Below, piece by piece: positions 26,769 to 35,330 of a DNA stretch of 44,963 nucleotides. The position numbers were made by a program, and so were the translations under genes. Source of the DNA: Escherichia phage BF9. The stretch lies in the sequence record NC_073083.1. One strand, 5' to 3'. How positions within the stretch are numbered: the first letter of the stretch is position 1; each line of letters starts with the position of its first letter. A model generated the notes under the pieces. The model did no database searches. It was not told the origin of the DNA and saw only the letters and a program-made list of their open reading frames with translations.

Positions 26769-27040
26769 CGTATTGCCCCTTCCGGCTTGCCAATATGGCG
26801 CGCCCAGGCACGCGCCACGAAGTAATTGCGGAACACCCGACCGCCTATCTCAAAGCGGTTGTGCATCAGCATATCACGAATCACAGCCGACACGGGATAC
26901 TACCTCCAGGTGTGGGTTATGGCGTGGCGCCCAGTGCGCTTGCTTAGTAGCCATATTACGTAGTTTAACCTGGTAATGGGTTACGGCTACAACCAGATAC
27001 AAATCACGGGTTAATTTATCCCGCACTAAATCGAATTTAT

Positions 27041-27352
27041 TCATTTCAGAATCACCGAGCGCGGGTCAATGGCGTTCATGCTGCCGTCTGGTTCGACACG
27101 GATGAATCCTACACCGTATTCCTGCGCATGGCGCTGTGCATTCGTCACGGCATCAAAGCGATTGACTATCTCACGCGTGGCATGGCGAATTTTAGATTGC
27201 TGGTTATGGTCACACCCGCTTTCGTCGATCTCGTCGGCTGTAAGGTTGTCGCCGTCGCATACCGTAGCGATTCCGTAGTGGGTGTAGTCGTCATAGCAGG
27301 ACACGAGGTCGATAAACTCCTGCGAACATCCTGCGAATAGTGCTGGGGTCAT
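27041..27352 (-). CDS. Hypothetical early protein (103 aa)
   Basis: Internal ATG (MTPALFAGCSQEF) of track ORF 27041..27454; the start overlaps the upstream stop (ATGA) and has RBS GGAGAC. Confidence 0.45.
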   Translation of the reverse strand: MTPALFAGCSQEFIDLVSCYDDYTHYGIATVCDGDNLTADEIDESGCDHNQQSKIRHATREIVNRFDAVTNAQRHAQEYGVGFIRVEPDGSMNAIDPRSVILK

Positions 27353-27501
27353 TTGCTCAGTCTCCGATAGTTCTTGTTCAGGGTAAATTGGCTGATAGTG
27401 TGGCGAGATTTGGTTTTTGGGTGCATGAGCGTTACGCTTCCGTCCCCCTCCCACACCACAAGATAAATCAGACCGGTTGCCTTGCTCTGAACTTTGATCA
27501 T
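27349..27501 (-). CDS. Hypothetical small protein (50 aa), not in ORF track
   Basis: MIKVQSKATGLIYLVVWEGDGSV...; its 17 nt initiation region (GGAGACTGAGCAAATGA) is identical to that of the next gene, with ATGA overlaps at both ends. Confidence 0.4.
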   Translation of the reverse strand: MIKVQSKATGLIYLVVWEGDGSVTLMHPKTKSRHTISQFTLNKNYRRLSK

Positions 27502-27767
27502 TTGCTCAGTCTCCAGTGTTTGCCTACCCGCTCAACGGCGGGCTTCCGGCGTAATGTAATACGTATTCCCATTGGTTGCAAGGAAGTCCGCACCCTGAAA
27601 TCGTGTTGTGCTGCGAACTGGTGCAAGTAGCGAGTCTGCGTCAACGGCTTCACGTCATCGCGATAACACCAGAATACAGATTCGCCATCAACCGCATTCT
27701 CAGCCCATATTCGTATGCAATGCAGTGGAATATGCCACGAAAGCTGTTTCGCTCGTCTGCGGCTCAT
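27498..27767 (-). CDS. Hypothetical early protein (89 aa)
   Basis: Track ORF, translationally coupled to the downstream small gene. Confidence 0.4.
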   Translation of the reverse strand: MSRRRAKQLSWHIPLHCIRIWAENAVDGESVFWCYRDDVKPLTQTRYLHQFAAQHDFRVRTSLQPMGIRITLRRKPAVERVGKHWRLSK

Positions 27768-27776
27768 TTTGGCCCC

Positions 27777-28067
27777 TTATTTCGCAAGCTGGGCGAATAG
27801 TTCGCGCTGGGCTTTAATCCGGGCGACGTTTGTCACTGCCGTCTCGCCGATCCCGAAGCGATACGCCAGGCGCTCACGGGCAAAGGCAAGCGCGTAAGCC
27901 CTGATAGCCGCGCGCAACGGCTCGGGGTCTTCCATGCCCGCGGTCGCATCCATGATCGCAAACCAGGTCGGAGCTACCAGGCGCTCCCACGGTGCTCTGC
28001 CGTTGGTGTATCTCACTTCGACCGGTTTTGCCACGGCCATTGTGTAATTCCAGATTAATGCTCTCAT
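27777..28067 (-). CDS. Hypothetical early protein (96 aa)
   Basis: Track ORF; first gene downstream of the 28068..28600 control region; RBS GAGGA. Confidence 0.45.
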   Translation of the reverse strand: MRALIWNYTMAVAKPVEVRYTNGRAPWERLVAPTWFAIMDATAGMEDPEPLRAAIRAYALAFARERLAYRFGIGETAVTNVARIKAQRELFAQLAK

Positions 28068-28279
28068 CGTTCAGTCCTCATGTTGGTGTGCAACCAATAT
28101 AGCAGGGTGCCAGGGCGAGCGCAACCAAGATTAATCACGCGCATGAAAAAGTTGATCGCTATCTGCTGTAACTGCAAACCGCATTTTTCACTCAACATAA
28201 TACAACCCGCATTGGTTGCCTAGTTCATCGACGACCGCACTTCGCGTCATGCTGCCGTGTATTTTGCAATCCCCGGATT
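28068..28279 (-). promoter_or_regulatory. Leftward promoter/operator region with several TGCAACCAA motifs
   Basis: Minus strand reads CTATATTGGTTGCACACCAAC (28085..28105), identical to the core at 17727..17747; further copies near 28123 and 28211. Confidence 0.45.
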
Positions 28280-28445
28280 TTATTCAGTCTCAGACGAGGG
28301 GGGCCACTGACCCCCGTCTAGTCTGAAAGACTGGGGTTTGTCCCGCCTGTCCCGCTCCTCTGGAAGCCGCGCCATCCGGGGCGGGACTGGGGTGCTGTCC
28401 CGCTTTGTCCCGCCCCCGGTCTGTCCCGCTTTCTGTCCCGCTTAC
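28280..28445. repeat. Iteron region B: same hairpin leader as region A (one mismatch) followed by 6 or more TGTCCCGC copies and one inverted copy
   Basis: ttattcagtctcagacgaggggggccactgacccccgtctagtctgaaagactggggtttgtcccgcctgtcccgc...ctgtcccgctttctgtcccgc. Lies about 160 bp 3' of the primase-helicase stop; three more GCAACCAAT motifs occupy 28480..28600. Confidence 0.8.
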
Positions 28446-28601
28446 TTTATGCAGTAAAACTGCATAACTATTCATTATATTTACACTACACGGCAACCAA
28501 TACGACCGGATAAAAACACTCAAAATGGCAACCAATGCGCGCAAATTTTAATCTTTTAGCGATATGGGAATTCCCATATCGGCAACCAATACACGCACAA
28601 A

Positions 28602-30866
28602 TTAATCTTTCAGGTCGTCATCGGTCGCCGAAAGCGTGATGGGTATATTCGTTTTGATGACGATATTAGACGACCCATAGATGGCCCCTGTGTGTGGGTC
28701 TGTGTAAAACCCAAGCACGCCGCGCTCGACCATATCGTCTATTGCCTTCGTCGATGTGCCACCTTTTGCCAATCCCGCCTGGCGGACAATTGCCGATTTA
28801 CTGAATCCGGTATGGTCCGGGTTATCTTCCATCAGTTTTTCCAGTGCCGCATAAAGCACTTTCTCTTTTTCGTTGCGCGGTCCTGCGGCGTTCTCATCCT
28901 TAACTGCGGCCTTGCCAGCGGACTTCGCCTGTTCGATGGCGAACGGTGCCAGGGCGACCGGTACGAGGTACAGAGTCTCGTCGCGTGGTGTGGATGCAAT
29001 TGGCTTGACGTCCCAACCGGCAACTACGTCGCCGAAGTCTGGCCCGGTGCTGGTGGACTGGTGCGACGCGAACGCTTCTGACTTGCGGAGATCCACCTTC
29101 ACCTTGCACTTGAGCAGGACGAAGCCACGCGGCGCTTGCTTGATGCCGTTACGTGATTTTTCGTGGTACAGGTTCAATTGTCCGGGCTGGTTGTCGTCCG
29201 GCTGTTCCAGGAAGAAAGCTGAATCGACAGCACCATGAAGCGCACCGGACCCGCGCGGGGATCTGCTGCCGTTTGCACCTTTCGCCGGGTGGTGGATGAC
29301 GCCCGCACTGCCACCTGTATTTTCCGCAATGGCTTTCAGCGCTTTGACCACTTCACCCATATCGCTGGCGTTGTTCTCGTCGAACGGTTTAGCATCGGCG
29401 GACCGCAGCGCAACAGTCTGGTTGAGTGAGTCGAACGCCACCAGGCCAACCGGCTCGCCGTTAGCGGTGCGGTTGATGAAGCTGATAACTTCACGCAAGC
29501 CGGATTTGCTGGTGATATCCCAGCCGCGTGATTGCAGATCGATAATGTGCAGCTTGTCCAGGTCGTGCTCATATTTAATCTGCAATGCTTCTTTGCGCTG
29601 GTTAGAGGCTTCACCACCTTCCGCGTCGAAATAGAAGCAATGAGACTGGACGACCTTCGCGCCACCGAACGGAATCCCCGCGGCAACCGCACCCATTTGC
29701 CCCAGCACGTAGAACGATTTACCGATGTTCGACTCACCCGCCATATACCAGGTTGATTTAAAGTTAACCAACCCCTCGATAATCGGGTCGTGCTTACTGA
29801 ACAGCGCAACCGGCTCGTTATCCAGATCCGCATCGGTGCACACGCCGTATTCTTCGCCGTCGCCAACCGCATCAACAATATGTTCATATAAGGATTCGAC
29901 TTCCTCGTCGTCCAGCCCTGGGAGGATGGCGGCGATTTGCTTACGTGACATGTTGTGCGGTTCGACGTTCAGGTGGTCCGGTATCCCGATGAGGCGTAGC
30001 GCAAGGTGCTGGTGTCTATTTAGCTCCGAGCAACACTCGTTGCCGGTGTGCATACACTTGAAACGGATCTCGCCATCCTTAACCATGATAGCGGTGGACC
30101 CTTCGCCGCTGTGCAGGTGTTCGTTTGGGCATGGCACTTCATAACCACGACCGGACGACAGCGGTTCTAATCCCGCCTGGAAGCACCAATCCAGAATACC
30201 GTCCGCCACGCCGTCATCGCCCTGGGTTAGTTCGCGGCGTACTTCCTCTTTTTCCACTCCCAGCTTATCAGCCAGGCGAAGCAGACGACGGACGCGGGCG
30301 CGCTTGCCGTAGTGGCACTTAACGACAGACTGCTGGTGTGGCAGGTACATCAGGCGGTTTGTGTCTTTCGTGCAATCGTCGAAGTCCACATCTGACAGAC
30401 CCAGTTGGTGTAATAGTGCATACTGGACGCGGCCCAGGTCTTCAGCCGGTACGGGCTTATCTGTTAGCACCAGGAAACGAGCGCAACGCGTGCCGCCTTT
30501 CAGCGGGTGGCGGTCGCCGGTAGTGGTGTGAAATACATGTTCCAGTCCCGCGTCGATGAAAGCCTTACGGCAGCGGCGCAGGGTGCGGGTGTCGGTGCGG
30601 TCAATATCGAAGAACAGGATCGAGCGGTCCACAGCACTGGTCTTGCGGCGTAAGCCGTCACTGGTATACGCCACGATGCCATCGGCCTTACGCTTACGGC
30701 GCGCATACTCGGCTTTATCCTCGGTCTTGTTGATATGCACCGAGGAGATTTCTTTCGCGTCATTGATGAATTCGAAAAATTCATCGGTAGTCATCTGGAA
30801 GTTTTCCGCCCTGGCTTTTTCGCCTTTTTTAGCGGGTCGTGTTACAGCGAATTTAATTAAGCTCAT
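28602..30866 (-). CDS. DNA primase-helicase (N-terminal primase-polymerase-like domain, central P-loop NTPase, C-terminal putative DNA-binding domain)
   Basis: 754 aa; acidic FFDIDRTD motif in the N-terminal domain, Walker A-like MAGESNIGKSF, Walker B-like LVAFDS, and a C-terminal region of about 150 aa. Confidence 0.65.
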   Translation of the reverse strand: MSLIKFAVTRPAKKGEKARAENFQMTTDEFFEFINDAKEISSVHINKTEDKAEYARRKRKADGIVAYTSDGLRRKTSAVDRSILFFDIDRTDTRTLRRCRKAFIDAGLEHVFHTTTGDRHPLKGGTRCARFLVLTDKPVPAEDLGRVQYALLHQLGLSDVDFDDCTKDTNRLMYLPHQQSVVKCHYGKRARVRRLLRLADKLGVEKEEVRRELTQGDDGVADGILDWCFQAGLEPLSSGRGYEVPCPNEHLHSGEGSTAIMVKDGEIRFKCMHTGNECCSELNRHQHLALRLIGIPDHLNVEPHNMSRKQIAAILPGLDDEEVESLYEHIVDAVGDGEEYGVCTDADLDNEPVALFSKHDPIIEGLVNFKSTWYMAGESNIGKSFYVLGQMGAVAAGIPFGGAKVVQSHCFYFDAEGGEASNQRKEALQIKYEHDLDKLHIIDLQSRGWDITSKSGLREVISFINRTANGEPVGLVAFDSLNQTVALRSADAKPFDENNASDMGEVVKALKAIAENTGGSAGVIHHPAKGANGSRSPRGSGALHGAVDSAFFLEQPDDNQPGQLNLYHEKSRNGIKQAPRGFVLLKCKVKVDLRKSEAFASHQSTSTGPDFGDVVAGWDVKPIASTPRDETLYLVPVALAPFAIEQAKSAGKAAVKDENAAGPRNEKEKVLYAALEKLMEDNPDHTGFSKSAIVRQAGLAKGGTSTKAIDDMVERGVLGFYTDPHTGAIYGSSNIVIKTNIPITLSATDDDLKD

Positions 30867-30876
30867 TGCCGTTGCC

Positions 30877-31206
30877 TTACTTCGAAGTTTTGTTATTGCG
30901 TACCCAGGAGCGCACGGTGCTCTGATTAATTCCCGTCAACTCGGCGATCATCGCCCATGACTTCCCCTCATCGCGCAAACGGATAACCTGCTTTTTGTAT
31001 TCTTCCATTTCTTCATTGTGTTTTTGCAGCTTGCTTGCTGCCGTGCCGTTGAGCAATTCCAGCTTCGCGGTAAGCTCCTTCTCCGCACGCGATAATCTGG
31101 ACACTTCAAATAACAGAGTATCCACCGCATTTGTGTAATACCAGGATTTACCCGCTTCGCCGCGGATTGCATTAGATAACACTTCAATTGCTTCTTTGAT
31201 ATTCAT
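30877..31206 (-). CDS. Helix-turn-helix DNA-binding protein (putative transcriptional regulator)
   Basis: 109 aa; C-terminal GKSWAMIAELTGINQSTVRSWVRNN is HTH-like; first gene of the leftward operon. Confidence 0.5.
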   Translation of the reverse strand: MNIKEAIEVLSNAIRGEAGKSWYYTNAVDTLLFEVSRLSRAEKELTAKLELLNGTAASKLQKHNEEMEEYKKQVIRLRDEGKSWAMIAELTGINQSTVRSWVRNNKTSK

Positions 31207-31608
31207 AATTCAGTCTCCTGTTGGTTAATGGCCAACGAAACTACACCCAAAACTGCACGGTGTCAAATCCTTTGGATATTGAAACGGGCGCGCACGCGTG
31301 TAATAATAATTCCCGTCTCATTGTCTCTTATTGGTTAGCGCCGGTGCATTTTGCCTCGGCGCTTTTTTTTTTAAATTAGTTGTTGACACCCATCCTGCAA
31401 CCAATCTATTATTCACCCCGTCGACAGGATGCAGGACGCAAACTGGAGAGGGGCAACGCAGGGGCCGGATCGAAGTGTCAGGATTCCCAACCGTGATTAT
31501 ATAACCAGGTCCACTACCCGAACGGGAGAACGCGTAACCTGGCAATATGTTAAGGCCACCGACGAAGTTAACTGCCGACACCTAAACTAAACCAATCGGA
31601 GATATACC
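31207..31608. promoter_or_regulatory. Divergent control region between the leftward and rightward early operons
   Basis: Plus strand: TTGACAcccatccTGCAACCAATcTATTAT (about 31374..31405). Minus strand: TTGACA-N17-TAGTTT followed by the near-palindrome TTGGCCATTAACCAA (about 31221..31235). About 400 bp with no ORF of 60 codons or more that is not antisense to neighbouring genes. Confidence 0.5.
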
Positions 31609-32127
31609 ATGTTTGAGCAAATCGTAAACCTGATCACTCGCGGCGTAGTAGCACTGGAAACCATCGCTAAACATTATGAAACCGTTGGCGCTGCCGTTGG
31701 TAAGCAGGAAGACAAGAAGCCGTCTAAGGCCAAAAAAGAAGTTGTCGAAGATGACGACGATGAAGCCGAAGACGAAAAACCGGCGAAAACTAAAAAAGCC
31801 CCGGCGAAGGGTAAGGCCAAAAAAGAAGTCGTAGAAGATGACGACGACGAAGACGCCGAAGACGAAAAACCGGCTAAGGCTAAAAAAGCACCGGCGAAAG
31901 GCAAAGGTAAGAAAGATGCCGATCCGCTGGCGGAGATGCGCGACGAAATCAAACAGTATGCCGCGATTATCGCCGGTGGTGATGACGACGATGCGAACGA
32001 CGAATTCGACGACCTGCTGGAATCGTTCGAGATCAAATCAATCGCCAAGCTGGAAGATGACGACGTCGAAGACTTCCACACAGAGTTAAAAGAAATCGTC
32101 GAAACCTATTTCGAACTGGAAGATTAA
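31609..32127 (+). CDS. Highly charged acidic/basic repeat protein (172 aa); first rightward early gene
   Basis: Two copies of KKEVVEDDDDE(D)AEDEKPAKxKKAPAKGK, then a DDDD-rich C-terminus; strong terminator follows. Confidence 0.6.
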   Translation: MFEQIVNLITRGVVALETIAKHYETVGAAVGKQEDKKPSKAKKEVVEDDDDEAEDEKPAKTKKAPAKGKAKKEVVEDDDDEDAEDEKPAKAKKAPAKGKGKKDADPLAEMRDEIKQYAAIIAGGDDDDANDEFDDLLESFEIKSIAKLEDDDVEDFHTELKEIVETYFELED

Positions 32128-32129
32128 TA

Positions 32130-32160
32130 TATTCCGGCCCGCAGATTAGCGGGCCTCTTT
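32130..32160 (+). terminator. Intrinsic terminator
   Basis: GGCCCGCagattaGCGGGCC followed by TCTTTTT. Confidence 0.6.
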
Positions 32161-32175
32161 TTAGAGGACGAGACA

Positions 32176-32427
32176 ATGGCACGCTTCACGCTAATCGAGG
32201 CGGTGGACTCCCGCGACCAGCGCCCATATTATTGGCTATTCGAACGCATCGGCAGCTTTCAGTCACGCGTTGCCGTAATAGATAAACGCCGTAACACCCC
32301 CGCGCAAATTAAGCGCACCACCTTTATTAACCCCGACTTTTATATTTGGGCGGATTCCAATCTGGAATATGTTCGCTTCGCAGTTGCATCCGAAGCAAAA
32401 ACAATCGACCGCTGGGAGACGAAATAA
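32176..32427 (+). CDS. Hypothetical protein (83 aa)
   Basis: Track ORF with RBS GAGGA. Confidence 0.45.
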   Translation: MARFTLIEAVDSRDQRPYYWLFERIGSFQSRVAVIDKRRNTPAQIKRTTFINPDFYIWADSNLEYVRFAVASEAKTIDRWETK

Positions 32428-32616
32428 ATGGCTATATTCTTTGTTTTATTTCGTTGCCGTATCACCGGCGACGAGCAACCAGAAATTGTTATGAATCAAA
32501 ACTGGAATTGCTGCTGGACGCAAGCCCGAGAACTGGCATCGACCATGAACGAAGCCGCGAAGCGGGCCAATGTTAAACACGACTATTACATTGCTCAATT
32601 TTCAAGGGTGGAATAA
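32428..32616 (+). CDS. Hypothetical protein (62 aa)
   Basis: Track ORF with RBS GGGAGA; tightly packed between neighbours. Confidence 0.4.
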   Translation: MAIFFVLFRCRITGDEQPEIVMNQNWNCCWTQARELASTMNEAAKRANVKHDYYIAQFSRVE

Positions 32617-34046
32617 TGGCGATTAAACCAAAACGTAAAACGCAATCCGGTAGCAACACGGAGCATTCATTACTCGGCCCATCCGGTGCTAAAAAATGGA
32701 TGGGTTGCCCTGCCGCCCTGGTGGTGGAAAAAGATATCCCGAACGAATCCGGGCAAGCGGCGATTAATGGTACGAGTATGCACACCGTATCTGAAGTGGT
32801 GCTAAACCGCATTATCGCCGGGGAGAAGCTGATAACCGCGAAGACTTACAAAGGGTGTTACGTCGAGAACGAAGGTAAGGGACCGGTAAAGGCGCACCCG
32901 AAAGCACCGAAAGGCGGCGTACTGGTCAACGACGACATGGTGAAACAGTGCGACGCGTACATCGACCACTGGCGACCGCTCCTCGAAGTGGCGGAGTTTG
33001 TTCGGCTTGAGATGCGCGCCGATCTTACCCGCGTCCTACACTCTGGCTTCGAGGTCAACGGCAACCGGGTTAAGACGTTCGGTACTGCCGATATGGTCAT
33101 GGTCATGAAGAAGACCGACGGCACGTACATGCTGATTGTTGGCGACCTGAAGACGGGGCGGCATAAGGTCGAGGCGAAAGAAAACAAACAGCTTATGTTG
33201 TACGCGCTCGGCCTGCTGCGCAAGCTGAAAACTATGTACGACATTACGACCGTGCGCCTGGTTATCTTCCAGCCGTATTGCGGTGGGGCGTCGGAGTGGG
33301 ATATTTCGGTAGAAGCCCTGGAGATATTCGCTAAGTTTGCGTCCAAGCGTGCTATCGCCGCCCTGGAAGCGTACGCCCGAGGCAAAAAGGGACTCACCCG
33401 CGCCGACTTCCGACCGAGCGTTGATGCGTGTCAGTGGTGTCGATTTGCGGATCAGTGTAGCGCCCGCGCTAAGGCTGCAATCGACACGATGACCCCACCA
33501 ACGGCAACAGACGAAGACCTGGGCGACGACGTGAGTATTGCGACAGAGGAAGAATGCGCCAATCTCGACCGCAATATGGCCCGCGAAGCCCGCAAAGCGG
33601 CACGACGTGAGAAGCGTGGTAAGAAAGAAGCGGCCCCCGGCGCTATGACCGCCGCGGAACTTCGCAAGGCATATGAAGGTCTAGACGCAATGCGCCAGCA
33701 CATCAAGGCTATCGAGTCCGCGGTATTCAAGGCGGTTATGGCGGGCGATGGCGAATCGCTGGGCCTCAAGATGGTTGCCGGTAAGGAAGGGATCCGCAAG
33801 TGGGCGGACGAAAGCGAAGTGATTGAAATCTTCACGAAGGCCAGGATCAAGCGCGATGTGATGTACAAAGAAACATTACTCAGCCCTACCGATGCCGAAA
33901 AGGTACTGAAGGACGAGAAGCCGAAAGTGTGGGCGAAGCTGTGTGATAAAATCACGCGCGCACCGGCAAAACCGGTATTAGCACCAATCGACGACCCGCG
34001 CCCTGCGTGGTCTGAAGCCACTGACGAGGACTTAAGCAATGAATAA
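32616..34046 (+). CDS. PD-(D/E)xK nuclease with Cys cluster (Cas4/RecB-like, DUF2800-type exonuclease)
   Basis: 476 aa; D...VGDLKTGRHKV...QLMLYALGL core; N-terminal Cys plus C-terminal CQWCRFADQC, the pattern seen in Cas4-like Fe-S nucleases. Confidence 0.55.
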   Translation: MAIKPKRKTQSGSNTEHSLLGPSGAKKWMGCPAALVVEKDIPNESGQAAINGTSMHTVSEVVLNRIIAGEKLITAKTYKGCYVENEGKGPVKAHPKAPKGGVLVNDDMVKQCDAYIDHWRPLLEVAEFVRLEMRADLTRVLHSGFEVNGNRVKTFGTADMVMVMKKTDGTYMLIVGDLKTGRHKVEAKENKQLMLYALGLLRKLKTMYDITTVRLVIFQPYCGGASEWDISVEALEIFAKFASKRAIAALEAYARGKKGLTRADFRPSVDACQWCRFADQCSARAKAAIDTMTPPTATDEDLGDDVSIATEEECANLDRNMAREARKAARREKRGKKEAAPGAMTAAELRKAYEGLDAMRQHIKAIESAVFKAVMAGDGESLGLKMVAGKEGIRKWADESEVIEIFTKARIKRDVMYKETLLSPTDAEKVLKDEKPKVWAKLCDKITRAPAKPVLAPIDDPRPAWSEATDEDLSNE

Positions 34047-34281
34047 AGTATTCGCAATCTTATTGATGTTTGTTATCGGCGCGCTGGGCTTTATCCTGAA
34101 TTGTGTGCAAGGCGTGTTAATGGTGGCGTGGATGATTCGACATCCGACCCGCTGGCTGGATGACGGCTATAGCGAAGCTGCCGTCGATTGGGTGGAGAAG
34201 AACATCAACCGCCCGCCGTTAAGCTGGATCGAGAACGCGACCAACTACGTGACAAGAAATCTTTTTAATGAAAATGCTTGA
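34039..34281 (+). CDS. Small membrane protein (80 aa)
   Basis: Track ORF with a hydrophobic N-terminus (AILLMFVIGALGFIL); 8 bp overlap with the upstream gene. Confidence 0.35.
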   Translation: MNKVFAILLMFVIGALGFILNCVQGVLMVAWMIRHPTRWLDDGYSEAAVDWVEKNINRPPLSWIENATNYVTRNLFNENA

Positions 34282-34371
34282 CCGCTTAGGCGCAACCAAG
34301 TAGATTAGCAACCAAGCCGAACGGGGTGGCTCACAATAACCCCGATACATGTGAAAATGAGGAATTGGAAA

Positions 34372-35100
34372 ATGGCTAAAGTCAACCTGAAAAATGTGCG
34401 CGTATGTTTCCTTAAAATTTGGGAACGCGACACCCCTAAACAGGATGGTCAAAAACCGGCATACCGTGCAGTGATTCTTCTTGATAAAGAAGATCCGCAG
34501 GTGGACAAAGTGGAAGCGGCAGCGCGCGCAGTGCTCACCGACAAGCTGAAATCCGAGAAGAATGCTGATAAGTGGATGGACCGCCACTACGCCCAGGATT
34601 CGAAGGAATGCGCAGTCCGCGACGGTGACGAGCGCGACGAAGTGACCGAAGAATTCGAAGGCATGTTGTACATCAACGCCAAATCGTTCAAACAGCCTAT
34701 CATTCAAACGTCACTCGGCGAGAAGCAGACTGAACAGGGTCTGACCATCGACGGCGACGAGATTGAAGGCCAGGAGATCTACTCCGGTTGTTATTGCAAC
34801 GTGTCCCTTGATATTTGGGCATGGAACAATACCAACGGCAAGGGTCTCGGGGCGGGCTTGCTGGGTCTGCGATTCCGTGAAGACGGCGAAGCCTTCGGAG
34901 GTGGCGGGTCTTCATGTTCCGACGAAGACCTGGACAACGATGACGAAGACGAAAGCCCGCGTAAGTCCAAAAAGTCAAAACGTCGTGATGACGATGACGA
35001 AGACGACAAGCCGCGTAAGTCCAAAAAGTCCAAGCGCCGCGATGACGACGACGAAGACGACGACGAAGACGAAGCACCACGTAAACGTCGCCGCCGTTAA
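34372..35100 (+). CDS. Single-stranded DNA-binding protein (DUF2815-like) with repetitive acidic/basic C-terminal tail
   Basis: Start at MAKVNLKNVRVCF (RBS GAGGA), internal to track ORF 34351..35100; C-terminus carries two copies of PRKSKKSKRRDDDDEDD. Sits between the nuclease and polymerase genes. Confidence 0.5.
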   Translation: MAKVNLKNVRVCFLKIWERDTPKQDGQKPAYRAVILLDKEDPQVDKVEAAARAVLTDKLKSEKNADKWMDRHYAQDSKECAVRDGDERDEVTEEFEGMLYINAKSFKQPIIQTSLGEKQTEQGLTIDGDEIEGQEIYSGCYCNVSLDIWAWNNTNGKGLGAGLLGLRFREDGEAFGGGGSSCSDEDLDNDDEDESPRKSKKSKRRDDDDEDDKPRKSKKSKRRDDDDEDDDEDEAPRKRRRR

Positions 35101-35103
35101 GGG

Positions 35104-35136
35104 CAAAGCCCACTATTCAAGCCCGCTTAATGCGGG
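35104..35136 (+). terminator. Intrinsic terminator
   Basis: AAGCCCGCttaatGCGGGCTT followed by TTT. Confidence 0.6.
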
Positions 35137-35159
35137 CTTTTTAATAGGACAATGAAAAA

Positions 35160-35330
35160 TGCGTATTAAAGCCAGCGAAGTAAAAGTCGGAATGCAAGTA
35201 TGGTCCAAGCTACTGGGGGAATATTTCACAGTTGCCGAGATTCGCAACAACGGCGAAGAAATCACCCTATCCGACGGCATCTTCTCCATGATCGGCAGCG
35301 CTGACGCCGTAGTAAGGATAAAGCAATGAA
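35160..35330 (+). CDS. Hypothetical small protein (56 aa), not in ORF track
   Basis: MRIKASEVKVGMQVWSKLLGEYFTVAEIRNNGEEITLSDG...; its TGA stop overlaps the polymerase ATG (ATGA). Confidence 0.35.

Noticed and set aside
26467-26811. Track ORF 26467..26811 (114 aa) as the gene in this interval
   Set aside because: The overlapping frame 26481..26768 encodes a protein with a clear transmembrane helix and fits the neighbouring genes better; the 114 aa frame is Gly/Arg-rich with no features.
31674-32081. Minus-strand 135 aa Ser-rich ORF antisense to the acidic repeat protein gene
   Set aside because: It mirrors the repeats of the plus-strand gene, which has an RBS, the correct position after the promoter, and a terminator.
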